From contig NC_010296.1 in assembly GCF_000010625.1 (NCBI RefSeq), forward strand, positions 4,620,001-4,652,000: a stretch of DNA of 32,000 bases, read 5' to 3'. Source of the DNA: Microcystis aeruginosa NIES-843 (GTDB lineage Bacteria; Cyanobacteriota; Cyanobacteriia; Cyanobacteriales; Microcystaceae). Below the pieces are notes generated by a model. That model made no database searches. It had not been told where the DNA came from and was given only the letters and a program-made list of their open reading frames with translations. Positions 1-9,150 of the stretch are shown here, one piece after another; position 1 is the stretch's first letter; each line of letters opens with the position of its first letter. The position numbers and the translations under genes were made by a program.

Positions 1-1
1 G

Positions 2-1852
2 GCCGATTTGATGGAAACCGAGAAGTTTCTCAAACGAACTCCCCTGAAAAGTCTCGGCAAAGAGGACCTATTCGCTATTAAACAACAGGGATTTAGCGAT
101 CGCCAAATCGCCTTCGCCACCAACACCAGCGAGGACGAAGTAAGAAGTTATCGCAAGGGTTTGGGTATTGTTCCAGTCTATAAAATGGTGGATACCTGCG
201 CGGCGGAATTTGAGGCCCTGACACCCTACTATTATTCCACCTACGAACAGGTAGAATCGGAAGTTTTACCCTCCGATCAACGCAAAGTGATGATCCTCGG
301 TGGTGGTCCCAATCGCATCGGTCAGGGGATAGAATTTGACTACTGTTGTTGTCATGCCGCTTTTTCCCTCAGTCAAGCCGGTTTTGAGACGATTATGGTC
401 AACTCTAATCCGGAAACTGTCTCCACCGATTACGATACCAGCGATCGCCTTTACTTTGAACCCCTGACCAAAGAGGATGTCTTAAATATCATCGAAGCGG
501 AACAACCAGAGGGTTTAATTATTCAATTCGGTGGGCAAACTCCCTTAAAACTGGCGGTTCCCCTGCAAAAATATTTAGAATCGCCTAATTGTCCCGTAAA
601 TACCAAAATTTGGGGAACTTCACCCGATTCGATCGATGCCGCCGAAGATCGAGAACGGTTTGAAAAAATCCTCCGAGAATTAGATATCCGACAACCCCTC
701 AACGGTATTGCCCGCAATTTCCAAGAATCCCAAGCAGTGGCTAAACGCATCGGTTATCCTGTGGTAGTACGTCCGTCCTACGTTTTAGGCGGTCGGGCGA
801 TGGAAATCGTCTATTCCGATAGCGAATTGGAACGCTATATGAAGTACGCAGTACAGATAGAACCGGATCACCCGATTTTAATCGATAAATTCCTCGAAAA
901 TGCCATCGAAGTGGATGTGGATGCCCTGTCAGATGCGACGGGAACAGTAGTTATCGGGGGATTAATGGAACATATCGAACAAGCGGGCGTACATTCGGGC
1001 GATTCTGCCTGTTCTATCCCCCATACGTCCCTGAGTGCCTCGGTTTTAACCACAATTCGACAATGGACGGTGGAACTAGCGAAAGCTTTAAAAGTAATCG
1101 GTTTGATGAATATCCAGTATGCGGTACAGGGGGAGACAGTTTATATCTTAGAAGCGAATCCCCGCGCTAGTCGTACTGTTCCCTACGTTTCCAAAGCAAC
1201 GGGAGTTCCTCTGGCAAAAGTTGCCTCCCTCGTCATGTCAGGCCGAACCCTGACGGAATTGGGTATCATCAGCGAAGCAATTCCCCGTCATATCGCCGTC
1301 AAAGAAGCGGTTTTACCCTTCCAGAAGTTCCCCGGTGCTGATACTCTCCTGGGACCAGAAATGCGTTCTACAGGCGAAGTAATGGGGATTGACAGCGATT
1401 TTGGCAAAGCTTTCGCTAAAGCGGAAATGGCCGCTGGCGTGATTTTAGCCACCAGTGGGACGGTTTTCGTCTCGATGAATGATCGCGATAAAACCCCCAT
1501 GGTTCCCGTAGTTAAGGATCTGCAATCCCTCGGTTTTCGCGTCGTCGCTACTTCGGGAACTCGTAAAGTTTTGTTAGAAAACGGTTGCGAAAATATCGAT
1601 TTAGTGCTAAAGATTCACGAAGGCCGTCCCGACGTTGTCGATTGGATCAAAAATGACTGGATTCAGTTTATTGTCAATACTCCCAGTGGTGAAGAATCCC
1701 AAAACGATGGCCGAAAAATTCGCCGTACTGCCCTCGATTATAAGTTACCAATTATCACCACTATCGCCGGGGCAAAAGCGACGGTAGCGGCCTTAAAATC
1801 CCTGCAATCGCAACCTTTAGAGGTGAAAGCTTTACAGGATTATCTCGCCTAA
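2..1852 (+). CDS. carB: carbamoyl-phosphate synthase large subunit, C-terminal ~616 codons (5' end outside window)
   Basis: The frame stays open to the window edge, so the TTG at 8 is an internal Leu. Motifs of the second ATP-grasp half are present: GGGPNRIGQGIEFDYC, VVVRPSYVLGGRAM, MEHIEQAGVHSGDS and EANPRASRTVP. An MGS-like allosteric tail follows. Stop TAA at 1850-1852. Confidence 0.9.
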   Translation, partial: ADLMETEKFLKRTPLKSLGKEDLFAIKQQGFSDRQIAFATNTSEDEVRSYRKGLGIVPVYKMVDTCAAEFEALTPYYYSTYEQVESEVLPSDQRKVMILGGGPNRIGQGIEFDYCCCHAAFSLSQAGFETIMVNSNPETVSTDYDTSDRLYFEPLTKEDVLNIIEAEQPEGLIIQFGGQTPLKLAVPLQKYLESPNCPVNTKIWGTSPDSIDAAEDRERFEKILRELDIRQPLNGIARNFQESQAVAKRIGYPVVVRPSYVLGGRAMEIVYSDSELERYMKYAVQIEPDHPILIDKFLENAIEVDVDALSDATGTVVIGGLMEHIEQAGVHSGDSACSIPHTSLSASVLTTIRQWTVELAKALKVIGLMNIQYAVQGETVYILEANPRASRTVPYVSKATGVPLAKVASLVMSGRTLTELGIISEAIPRHIAVKEAVLPFQKFPGADTLLGPEMRSTGEVMGIDSDFGKAFAKAEMAAGVILATSGTVFVSMNDRDKTPMVPVVKDLQSLGFRVVATSGTRKVLLENGCENIDLVLKIHEGRPDVVDWIKNDWIQFIVNTPSGEESQNDGRKIRRTALDYKLPIITTIAGAKATVAALKSLQSQPLEVKALQDYLA

Positions 1853-1855
1853 TTT

Positions 1856-1910
1856 CAGTTATCAGTTATCAGTTATCAGTTATCAGTTATCAGTTATCAG
1901 TTATCAGTTA
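1856..1910. repeat. (CAGTTAT) heptamer microsatellite, ~7.9 units
   Basis: Perfect tandem heptamers read directly from the sequence, starting 4 nt after the carB stop. Confidence 0.95.
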
Positions 1911-1914
1911 GAAA

Positions 1915-1974
1915 GGGGATATAGGGGTTTAGGGATTTAGGGATTTAGGGGTTTAGGAATATAGGGGTTTAGGG
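1915..1974. repeat. G-run 8-mer tandem repeat (GGGGTTTA/GGGATTTA variants)
   Basis: Seven G3-4 runs are separated by 4-6 nt AT-rich loops. This fits the G3+N1-7 quadruplex pattern on the + strand. Confidence 0.9.
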
Positions 1975-1990
1975 AAATTTCAGCCAAATG

Positions 1991-2097
1991 CCCCACTACC
2001 CCATCACCCCACTACCCCATCACCCCATCACCCCATCACCCCATCTCCCCATCTCCCCATCTCCCCATCACCCCACACCCCACACCCCACACCCCAC
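1991..2097. repeat. C-run tandem repeat (CCCCATCA/CCCCACTA/CCCCATCT 8-mers, then CCCCACA 7-mers)
   Basis: About 14 consecutive C4 runs with 3-4 nt spacers. The array ends 12 nt before the tldD ATG. Confidence 0.95.
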
Positions 2098-2109
2098 TTC
2101 CTAATTCCC

Positions 2110-3510
2110 ATGACCGATACTCTAAACGATTATAAAAACCTGATTAGTGAACTGATTAACCGTTATAAAAACCGCGTCGATTTCCTGACAATTCGTCTGG
2201 AAGAAGCGCGAGGGACAAATATTCTACTACGTTCCGAACGAGTGGAAACCCTCAGCGAAGGTATTGCTATCGGTGGTCAGGTACGCGCTTGTTATAAAGG
2301 AGGTTGGGGATTTGCCAGCTTTAATCAATTATCCAGTTTACAGGAACGATTAGAAGATGCGATCGCTGCTGCCCGTTTAATTGGGGAAGAAGAAACCCTG
2401 ATTGCTCCGGTAGAACCTGTAATTATCTCCTGTGAATTGCCTTTAACGGGAACAGATCCCCGTTTAGTACCATTAGCCGATAAAAAAGCCCTCTGCGATC
2501 GCTATAATAATTTACTGCGTCAACACCATCCCAGTATTGCCACCACTTCCGTCCGTTACAGCGATAGCAGTCAACATATTCTTTTAGGCACTTCTGACGG
2601 GACTTTAATCGAACAAAAATGGTCAGACGTAGAAATGCGTTTTTCGGCCACCGCTAGGGATGGCGACAGCGTACAAACGGGCCGGGAAACCACAGGATCC
2701 CGAAAAGCTTTCGAGGATCTGGTCAATTTAGAGGAACAGGTGCAAGGGTCGGCTAAACGGGCTGTACAAGCCCTAGTTTTGCCCCCTGTCAAGGGCGATA
2801 CCTACACCGTCGTCATCGACCCCATTTTAACCGGTCTGTTCGTCCATGAGGCTTTTGGCCACCTTTCCGAGGCAGATATGTTATACGAAAATCCTGACCT
2901 TTTGGAAGTGATGAGTATGGGCAAACGTTTCGGACCGGATAACCTGCAAATCTTTGACGGGGCAGGTCCAGAAGGTCATCGGGGCAGTTATTTTTATGAC
3001 GATGAGGGAACCCCCGCGACCACGACTCAGTTAATTAAAGATGGGGTTTTGGTGGGAAGACTGCATTCGCGGGAAACGGCGGGCAAATTAGGCGAAAAAC
3101 CGACAGGTAACGCTCGTTGTCTCAATTATCATTATCCGCCCATTGTCCGCATGACCAACACTTGGATTGAACGGGGAACCACTCCCGTTAAAGAGTTATT
3201 TTCGGGGATAAAAACGGGAGTTTATGCCCAAAATTGGCAGGGAGGCATGACTAACGGCGAAATGTTCACTTTTAGCGCCGGGGAAGCTTGGATGATTCGC
3301 GATGGAGAAATTGCTGAACCCGTTAAAGATGTGACTCTCTCCGGTAATGTCTTTAAAACCCTAGCCAATATTGAGGCAATTGCTGATGATTTCTACTGGG
3401 ATGAGTCAGGAGGCTGCGGAAAAGGGGGTCAAAGTGGTTTACCGGTCGGCTGCGGCGGCCCCAGTCTCCGTATCCGCGATGTGGTGGTGGGGGGAGAAGC
3501 AGATATTTAG
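2110..3510 (+). CDS. tldD: TldD/PmbA-family metalloprotease (TldD type)
   Basis: 466-aa ORF with ATG at 2110. It has the HExxxH-type motif HEAFGH at 2845-2862 and a Gly/Cys-rich C-terminus (GGCGKGGQSGLPVGCGGP), which I recognise as typical of this family. Confidence 0.8.
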   Translation: MTDTLNDYKNLISELINRYKNRVDFLTIRLEEARGTNILLRSERVETLSEGIAIGGQVRACYKGGWGFASFNQLSSLQERLEDAIAAARLIGEEETLIAPVEPVIISCELPLTGTDPRLVPLADKKALCDRYNNLLRQHHPSIATTSVRYSDSSQHILLGTSDGTLIEQKWSDVEMRFSATARDGDSVQTGRETTGSRKAFEDLVNLEEQVQGSAKRAVQALVLPPVKGDTYTVVIDPILTGLFVHEAFGHLSEADMLYENPDLLEVMSMGKRFGPDNLQIFDGAGPEGHRGSYFYDDEGTPATTTQLIKDGVLVGRLHSRETAGKLGEKPTGNARCLNYHYPPIVRMTNTWIERGTTPVKELFSGIKTGVYAQNWQGGMTNGEMFTFSAGEAWMIRDGEIAEPVKDVTLSGNVFKTLANIEAIADDFYWDESGGCGKGGQSGLPVGCGGPSLRIRDVVVGGEADI

Positions 3511-3514
3511 TGAA

Positions 3515-3541
3515 CAGTAAACAGTAATCAGTAATCAGTGA
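3515..3541. repeat. CAGTAA[A/T] heptamer array (degenerate member of the CAGTTAT family)
   Basis: Reads cagtaaacagtaatcagtaatcagtga, directly after the tldD stop. Confidence 0.8.
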
Positions 3542-3590
3542 AAAGACAGCAGAAAACTGCTATTTGATGATGCTCACTTAATACTCAAAA

Positions 3591-3610
3591 CTGATAACTG
3601 ATAACTGCTG
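3591..3610. repeat. CTGATAA heptamer array (reverse orientation of the CAGTTAT family)
   Basis: Reads ctgataactgataactgctg, 26 nt below the tatA stop. Confidence 0.8.
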
Positions 3611-3635
3611 TAGCGGAGTTTCATAAGGGCGAAAT

Positions 3636-3812
3636 CTATCTCATCTTCTCGTCACTGTCTTCAATTTCTTGATCATCTTGATTGATTTCTTCTTTAAATC
3701 CCCGTAAAGTTTTCCCCAAAGCTGCCCCAAATTCGGGTATTTTTTTCGGTCCAAATATCAGGAGAACAACGACAGCAATAATTACTATTTCTGGCCAACC
3801 TAATCCAAACAT
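3636..3812 (-). CDS. tatA: twin-arginine translocase subunit TatA/E (58 aa)
   Basis: Absent from the ORF track because it is under 60 aa. Reverse-strand ATG at 3812-3810 and TAG at 3638-3636. It translates to MFGLGWPEIVIIAVVVLLIFGPKKIPEFGAALGKTLRGFKEEINQDDQEIEDSDEKMR. This shows the TatA signature of an N-terminal TM helix, an FGPKK(I/L)PE hinge, an amphipathic helix and an acidic tail. Confidence 0.85.
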   Translation of the reverse strand: MFGLGWPEIVIIAVVVLLIFGPKKIPEFGAALGKTLRGFKEEINQDDQEIEDSDEKMR

Positions 3813-3878
3813 AATCTTGAAAGTAAAAAGTAAAAAAAGAGAAAGGAGTCAGAATTCAGGAGTCGGAAACTTAACGGT

Positions 3879-3908
3879 GATAACTGATAACTGATAACTG
3901 ATAACTGA
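3879..3908. repeat. (CTGATAA) heptamer microsatellite, ~4 units
   Basis: Reads gataactgataactgataactgataactga, between the lpdA stop and the tatA start. Confidence 0.9.
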
Positions 3909-3910
3909 CT

Positions 3911-5341
3911 CTATGCTGCCACTTCTGCGCGTTTGTAAGCTTCGTCGAGGACTTCTGAGAGAGTCGGATGGGTGTGGATGCGGAAAGCGAGTTCATGGAC
4001 GGATTGGCGTTCAGCGATCGCATTGGCCGCTTCTTGAATTAAATCCGATGCGTGGATACCGATAATATGAACACCGAGTAATTCCCCCGTATCCTGACGA
4101 TAAACGACTTTAGCGATGCCTTCCGTTTCTCCTTCCGCTAAAGCCTTAGAATTTCCCTTAAAATAGGTCTTGACAGAAGCCACCTTATAGCCTTCTTGCT
4201 GTGCCAAAGCTTCTGCTTGCGGTTCCGTTAAACCCACATAACTAATTTCGGGGTGGGTAAAAGCGGCAGCGGGAATACTGCGATAATCGATGGTTTTTGG
4301 GCGATTACAGATATTTTCAATGGCTATTACCCCTTGACCCGAAGCAGCGTGAGCTAACATCATTTTACCCGTAGCATCGCCCACGGCCCAGAGATGGGGA
4401 ACCGGTTCACCGGACTGAATTACCTGCATTTTGTCATTAACGGCAATAAAACCGCGTTTATCCAGTTCTACCCCAACAAATTCCAATCCGAGATTCTTTG
4501 TCGCCGGGATTCTTCCTGTAGCGACTAAACAAGCATCTACTTCTAAAATTTCGATCGCTTCTTTGCTTTTTGCGTCCACCAGTTCAATGGCCACAGGATT
4601 CCCCGGTTTAATACTTTTTGCCAAAACTCCCACATAAGTCTCGATGTCTCTAGGTTTAATCAGAACTCTTTCCGCGATTTTCGAGATTTCTGGGTCAAAT
4701 CCAGGCATGAGACTATCTAAAGCTTCGATCATCGTCACTTCACAACCCAAAGCGGTGTATATATCCGAAAATTCCAGACCGATATAACCACTACCGATAA
4801 TTGCGATCCACTTGGGTAAAGTTTCTAATCTAACGGCCTCATCGCTGGTAAAAACCGTTTTATGATCGATCTCGATCCCCGGTGGGACAAAGGGAACCGA
4901 CCCCGGACAGAGCATAATATCCTTAGCGGTGTAGATTTTTTCGCCACTATCCCCGATGACGCTAACTTTTTGCGGGCCAGCGATTTTTCCCCAACCGTGG
5001 ATAGTATCAACCTTGAGACGTTTAAGACTATTAGTGAGATCGCCTCTAATTTTACTGACAAGGTTGTTAGCATGATCGGCAATTGTTGGACGGTCAAAAT
5101 TAACGCCACCGATGGCAATACCTAGACTTTTCAGATGGTCACTATCGGCTAATTCTCGCACTCGTCCCGAGGCTGCCAGCAAAGCTTTAGAAGGAATACA
5201 ACCGCGATTAACACAGGTTCCTCCCATATCTTTGGCTTCGATAATAGCTGTTTTTAGCCCACATTTGACTGCGTGTAGGGCTGCCCCGTGGCCACCAACT
5301 CCAGCACCGATAATAATTAAATCGTAGTCGAATTCACTCAT
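3911..5341 (-). CDS. lpdA: dihydrolipoyl dehydrogenase (E3)
   Basis: Contains the FAD GxGxxG motif ([13 protein letters not shown]), the redox-active disulfide [13 protein letters not shown], a second Rossmann motif [11 protein letters not shown], and the C-terminal HTHPTLSE. The ATG at 5341 (MSEFDYDL...) gives the usual N-terminus. The ORF-track ATG at 5368 is a 9-codon upstream alternative. Confidence 0.9.
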   Translation of the reverse strand: MSEFDYDLIIIGAGVGGHGAALHAVKCGLKTAIIEAKDMGGTCVNRGCIPSKALLAASGRVRELADSDHLKSLGIAIGGVNFDRPTIADHANNLVSKIRGDLTNSLKRLKVDTIHGWGKIAGPQKVSVIGDSGEKIYTAKDIMLCPGSVPFVPPGIEIDHKTVFTSDEAVRLETLPKWIAIIGSGYIGLEFSDIYTALGCEVTMIEALDSLMPGFDPEISKIAERVLIKPRDIETYVGVLAKSIKPGNPVAIELVDAKSKEAIEILEVDACLVATGRIPATKNLGLEFVGVELDKRGFIAVNDKMQVIQSGEPVPHLWAVGDATGKMMLAHAASGQGVIAIENICNRPKTIDYRSIPAAAFTHPEISYVGLTEPQAEALAQQEGYKVASVKTYFKGNSKALAEGETEGIAKVVYRQDTGELLGVHIIGIHASDLIQEAANAIAERQSVHELAFRIHTHPTLSEVLDEAYKRAEVAA

Positions 5342-5958
5342 AGTCTCTCTGACTCTCAAAGTTAGCATTATCTCATTTTACGATCCACTGCGATCAAGCT
5401 GTGCTATCCCGGTCAAAAACTGGAGCCAGTTTTTAGCCATCAGGCTCTTGTGCATTGAAACTGGCTATTGGCAATTTTAGGACAAGACGTTACTAGACCT
5501 CTGGTAAAAATCAAAAATTGTTGTTGGGGTTAGGAGCCGGTCGTCAGTAGTCAGGAGAATTTTAAATGCTCTATTCACAGATTTTAGGCTATTTAAGCCT
5601 TATTTTTGCTGTTTTTGAATCCTCAAAAATTAATTATGCAAGGTGTTACTGGTTCTTCGTTACTTGGTATGGTTCGATAGGGGGTCATAAATCGACTAAA
5701 TCCTTATCTGGTAAGAGACTTAATTGATTAGTTCGCTCTAGATCAAAAATAATTGACAAAAATCGCTAAATGCCTTTCTATATAAGGGTTCCATCCCTTA
5801 TAACCCCCGTCCATTGCATAACAATTACCGAAGAGCCGTGTTACTTAACCAAGATATGAATACTAATCCTGCATCGTATCCATAAGTTAGTTTAGTGCTA
5901 GATTGGAAAAATTAGACCTCCCGCCAATACTTTGCCAGATGAAAGACCCATCTTTCTC

Positions 5959-6624
5959 CTACCATAATTTAGGCTCGAAACCAGAATCATTAATAATTTC
6001 TACCGTTTCTCCCGATGGTTTAATCACAAATAAACCCTGTTTATAGGCATAACGATCTACTCCTTCGTCTATTTCTATTCCCGCCACTGCACCATAAGCC
6101 TGATAGTTTCTATAATGGGGAAATGCCTGTTTAAATCGACTTAATTTTTCTAAAAAATCGTTGACATCATCTTTCGATAAACGAGACTTACATTCTACTA
6201 AAACTACCTCGGTTTCATCGACGGCTAAAATGTCAATCTCCATGGCTATTCCTTGCCGTTTTACCCTGGCACGACTGTAGGTTTCTTTGACATCGATACC
6301 TTTGCTACGAAATAGGCCAATAACAGCAGGTTCGACTAATTCCTCGACAAATCTTCCCCAGCGAGTGGTTAAACTATCCACGGCACGACTGGTATTGGCC
6401 ACTGTTTTCTCTAGCTTGGCTAAACGGCGATCGGCTTCGGCCTTGGCTTCAGCAGCCCGGCGATCGTATTCAGCGGCCCGGCGATCGGCTTCGGCAGCCC
6501 GGCGATCGGCTTCGTCCTTGGCTTCGGCAGCCCGGCGATCGTATTCTTGGCGTGATTGTTCAAACTTTTCGTTAGTTTTCTCAAAAAGTTTATAGATATC
6601 TTCGATGGTAATCGGTTGAGACAT
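5959..6624 (-). CDS. hypothetical protein: N-terminal DRRAAEA-repeat coiled coil plus C-terminal PD-(D/E)XK-like nuclease fold
   Basis: 221-aa ORF with ATG at 6624. The N-terminus carries tandem DRRAAE(A/Y) units. The C-terminal half has a D...E-x-K arrangement (MEIDILAVDETEVVLVECKS) typical of restriction-endonuclease-like folds. By recollection only, it resembles cyanobacterial/archaeal DUF3782-type proteins. Confidence 0.5.
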   Translation of the reverse strand: MSQPITIEDIYKLFEKTNEKFEQSRQEYDRRAAEAKDEADRRAAEADRRAAEYDRRAAEAKAEADRRLAKLEKTVANTSRAVDSLTTRWGRFVEELVEPAVIGLFRSKGIDVKETYSRARVKRQGIAMEIDILAVDETEVVLVECKSRLSKDDVNDFLEKLSRFKQAFPHYRNYQAYGAVAGIEIDEGVDRYAYKQGLFVIKPSGETVEIINDSGFEPKLW

Positions 6625-6743
6625 GGTTATTTGTTTTAATCTTTCTTATTTTACTATAATTGTACTAGCAAAGTACAAGTCATTTTAGGGACGGGTGTTA
6701 ATTGAGCAAGTCAATAGTTATACAAATCCGTTGAGTAACGCAC

Positions 6744-6776
6744 AGAAAACGGGTTTCTCGGAGAAACCCGTTTTCT
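6744..6776. terminator. perfect 16+16 nt palindrome with A-tract/T-tract flanks (bidirectional intrinsic-terminator-like hairpin)
   Basis: AGAAAACGGGTTTCTC g GAGAAACCCGTTTTCT. The arms are exact reverse complements. The core stem CGGGTTTCTC/GAGAAACCCG is flanked by AGAAAA and TTTTCT. Confidence 0.55.
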
Positions 6777-6969
6777 ACTCATGCAAAAGGCAAAACGGAG
6801 AATAAATAATCAGTTTTTAATAACTGGATTTAGTATGAGGACGATATAGCGGGGACGGGAACCACAGTTTCTTCGTTGATCATGGTTTCTAACTGTTCAG
6901 CCTGGGATTTGGCTCAATAAATTGATAATTGTAAATAATTGTTACAAATACTTGACTTAAGATATTTCT

Positions 6970-7917
6970 ATGGTGACAGAAACACAGATCAAAGAAAAAG
7001 CGCTAGAGTTGGGCTTCCATGGGGTCGGTATTGCCTCTGTGGACAGCCAAGACTCGGCGGTATCCCATCTAAAAAGCTGGTTAGAGCGGGGTTATCACGC
7101 TGATATGGATTGGATGACTAACCCGAAACGACAGGATATCACAACTCTTTGGCCAGAAGTGCGATCGCTAATTTGTCTCGCCCTTAACTACTACACCCCC
7201 CAGCAACACAGTCAAGAACAAAACCATGGCAAAATTTCCCGTTATGCTTGGGGAAGGGATTATCACAAAGTATTAAGTAAAAAATTAAAAGCCCTCAGTC
7301 AATGGTTAGAAAGTCAGGGGGAGCAAATTCAAACCCGTTACTATGTGGATACAGGACCGGTACAGGATAAAGTTTGGGCCCAAAGAGCAGGGATCGGCTG
7401 GATTGCCAAGAACGGTAACTTAATTACCCGTAATTACGGCAGTTGGGTGTTTTTAGCCGAAATATTAACTAATTTACCTTTAGAACCCGATCGACCCCAT
7501 AGTGACCATTGTGGCACCTGTAGCCGTTGTTTAAGCTCTTGTCCGACCCAAGCAATAGTTAGTCCCTATGTGGTGGATGCTAATCGCTGTATTGCATACC
7601 ATACCATCGAAAATCGTGCTGTAACTTTGCCTACAGAAATTGCCAAGAATTTACAAGGTTGGGTAGCCGGCTGCGATATCTGTCAAGATGTCTGTCCTTG
7701 GAATCAACGTTTTGCCCAAGTTACCGACGTGGAGGATTTTCAACCTCGTCCCGAAAACCTCTCGCCAAGGTTGGATGAATTAGCTAATCTAACTATAGAG
7801 GAGTGGGATCGTCGTTTCATCTCGTCAGCCCTACGTCGAATTAAACCCCAGCAGTGGCGACGTAATGCCCAAGCTAATTTAGCTCATTCCCCTCACCCCG
7901 CACAAGATGACAATTAA
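6970..7917 (+). CDS. queG: tRNA epoxyqueuosine(34) reductase
   Basis: Two ferredoxin-type Cys clusters ([12 protein letters not shown] and [11 protein letters not shown]) plus [11 protein letters not shown] and [12 protein letters not shown] motifs, which I recognise from QueG. Confidence 0.85.
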   Translation: MVTETQIKEKALELGFHGVGIASVDSQDSAVSHLKSWLERGYHADMDWMTNPKRQDITTLWPEVRSLICLALNYYTPQQHSQEQNHGKISRYAWGRDYHKVLSKKLKALSQWLESQGEQIQTRYYVDTGPVQDKVWAQRAGIGWIAKNGNLITRNYGSWVFLAEILTNLPLEPDRPHSDHCGTCSRCLSSCPTQAIVSPYVVDANRCIAYHTIENRAVTLPTEIAKNLQGWVAGCDICQDVCPWNQRFAQVTDVEDFQPRPENLSPRLDELANLTIEEWDRRFISSALRRIKPQQWRRNAQANLAHSPHPAQDDN

Positions 7918-8545
7918 AGTGGTCGTGTTCGATTTTGATGGTACTATCGCCGATACCCACGATACTTTCGTGGAGATTGTCAATCGTTTGGCTAAAAATT
8001 TTGGTTATCAACCCGTCAACGAGGAAGATTTGGCCAGACTAAAAAACCTTAGTTCCCAAGAAATTATTAAACAATCCCAAGTTTCCCCCGTTAAAATCCC
8101 TTTTTTACTCTATCGAGTTAAACGGGAATTAAATAAACAAATTGAATGTCTGAAACCCTTCCATGGCTGGCATCACTGCCTCGCCACTCTTAAAGAAAGA
8201 GGCTATAGATTAGGAATCATAACTTCTAATACCAAAGAAAATGTCACCATATTTTTAGCAAATAATCAACTCTTAAATTTATTTGATTTTATCTGTTCTG
8301 GAACGCCTTTATTCGGCAAACACAAAATTATCGATCGCCTGATTCGAGAAAATAAATTCTGTCCCGATGAAATGATTTATGTCGGCGATGAAACTAGAGA
8401 TATTACTGCTGCCCAAAAAAGTCAAGTGCAAGTGGTGGCCGTCGCTTGGGGCTTTAATTCCCCTCAAATTCTCACTCAATTTAACCCCGATCATCTCATT
8501 CATCATCCCCTAGAATTATTGGATATTTTAGATAGGGCTGGCTGA
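7907..8545 (+). CDS. HAD-IA family hydrolase (phosphoglycolate-phosphatase-like)
   Basis: Shows HAD motif [13 protein letters not shown], motif II ITSN and motif [10 protein letters not shown]. It overlaps the queG stop by 11 nt, which suggests translational coupling. Confidence 0.8.
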   Translation: MTIKVVVFDFDGTIADTHDTFVEIVNRLAKNFGYQPVNEEDLARLKNLSSQEIIKQSQVSPVKIPFLLYRVKRELNKQIECLKPFHGWHHCLATLKERGYRLGIITSNTKENVTIFLANNQLLNLFDFICSGTPLFGKHKIIDRLIRENKFCPDEMIYVGDETRDITAAQKSQVQVVAVAWGFNSPQILTQFNPDHLIHHPLELLDILDRAG

Positions 8546-8612
8546 AAAAGTTTTTCCTAGGGGCAAGGAGAGGCAGTTTGGGCATTTGTACTAAAATTAC
8601 CAATACTCAGTT
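8536..8612. repeat. truncated, diverged third copy of the ~200-bp dispersed element
   Basis: Shares aaaaagtttttcctaggggca(a/g)gg and aattacc(a/t)aat..tcag with the copies at 19259 and 24241. It overlaps the HAD stop codon. Alignment was done by eye. Confidence 0.45.
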
Positions 8613-8632
8613 TAAATATAGACTTCGATCGA

Positions 8633-8718
8633 TGGGGGCAGAGAGACTCGAACTCTCACGAGCTTATAAGGCTCAACGGATTTTAAGTCCGTAGCGTCTA
8701 CCATTCCGCCACGCCCCC
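8633..8718 (-). tRNA. tRNA-Leu (anticodon UAA)
   Basis: The reverse complement folds as a type II tRNA. Acceptor stem is GGGGGCG/TGCCCCC, the D-arm is GCGGAATGGTAGACGC, the anticodon arm is ACGGA-CTTAAAA-TCCGT, there is a long variable arm, and the T-arm is GAGAG-TTCGAGT-CTCTC. CCA is not encoded. Confidence 0.92.
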
Positions 8719-8890
8719 GTTATTTAACCGACAATTTTTTATCATATCACAAATAATTTAATTGGCAAGAGTATTTTCAGCAAATTATTTTAGCCCGCCA
8801 ATTCGATCGCCGCAAAGGGGGAAAGAGGGGGTAAAATAATCAGCAGGTGAATTGCCGTTCACCGACAGCTATTGAGAAAAATCAATCCTT

Positions 8891-9130
8891 ATGCAATCAA
8901 TTCTGACGCAAGAAACCATTATCATCGCCCTGATCTACCTATCTCTCAGTGTTTTGTATTTGCTCGTCATTCCCGCCGTTATCTACTACTACCTCAATAC
9001 GCGCTGGTATGTGGCTTCTTCTTGGGAAAGAGGGTTTATGTACTTTCTGATGAGCTTTTTCTTCCCTGGGATGCTGTTGTTAAGTCCTTTCCTTAACTTC
9101 CGTCCCCAACGTCGTACCCTCAAAGCTTAA
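8891..9130 (+). CDS. ndhL: NAD(P)H-quinone oxidoreductase (NDH-1) subunit L
   Basis: 79 aa with two TM segments. The string RWYVASSWERGFMYFLMSFFFPGMLLLSPFLNFRPQRR matches the conserved NdhL core as I remember it. Confidence 0.8.
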   Translation: MQSILTQETIIIALIYLSLSVLYLLVIPAVIYYYLNTRWYVASSWERGFMYFLMSFFFPGMLLLSPFLNFRPQRRTLKA

Positions 9131-9150
9131 GTTATCAACCAAAAAAACCC

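Noticed and set aside
1856-2097. Possible CRISPR array or telomere-like repeat
   Set aside because: The units are 7-8 nt with no unique spacers, so this is not a CRISPR array. The TTTAGGG-like units resemble plant telomere repeats only by composition, and they sit inside an ordinary bacterial spacer.
1988-2104. ~38-codon uORF (MPHYPITPLPHHPITPSPH...) upstream of tldD
   Set aside because: It is composed entirely of the C-run microsatellite, so the reading frame would change with any unit gain or loss. It is most likely non-coding.
3682-3894. 70-aa + strand ORF
   Set aside because: It is antisense to a clear tatA gene, gives a low-complexity translation and runs into heptamer repeats.
6287-6595. 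102-aa + strand ORF rich in SAARRSA
   Set aside because: It is a mirror-frame artefact of the quasi-palindromic GGCGATCG-containing repeats that encode DRRAAE on the - strand. The - strand ORF has a coherent C-terminal domain.
8872-9096. 74-aa + strand ORF overlapping ndhL
   Set aside because: It is out of frame with the recognisable NdhL sequence (8891-9130) and has no family resemblance.
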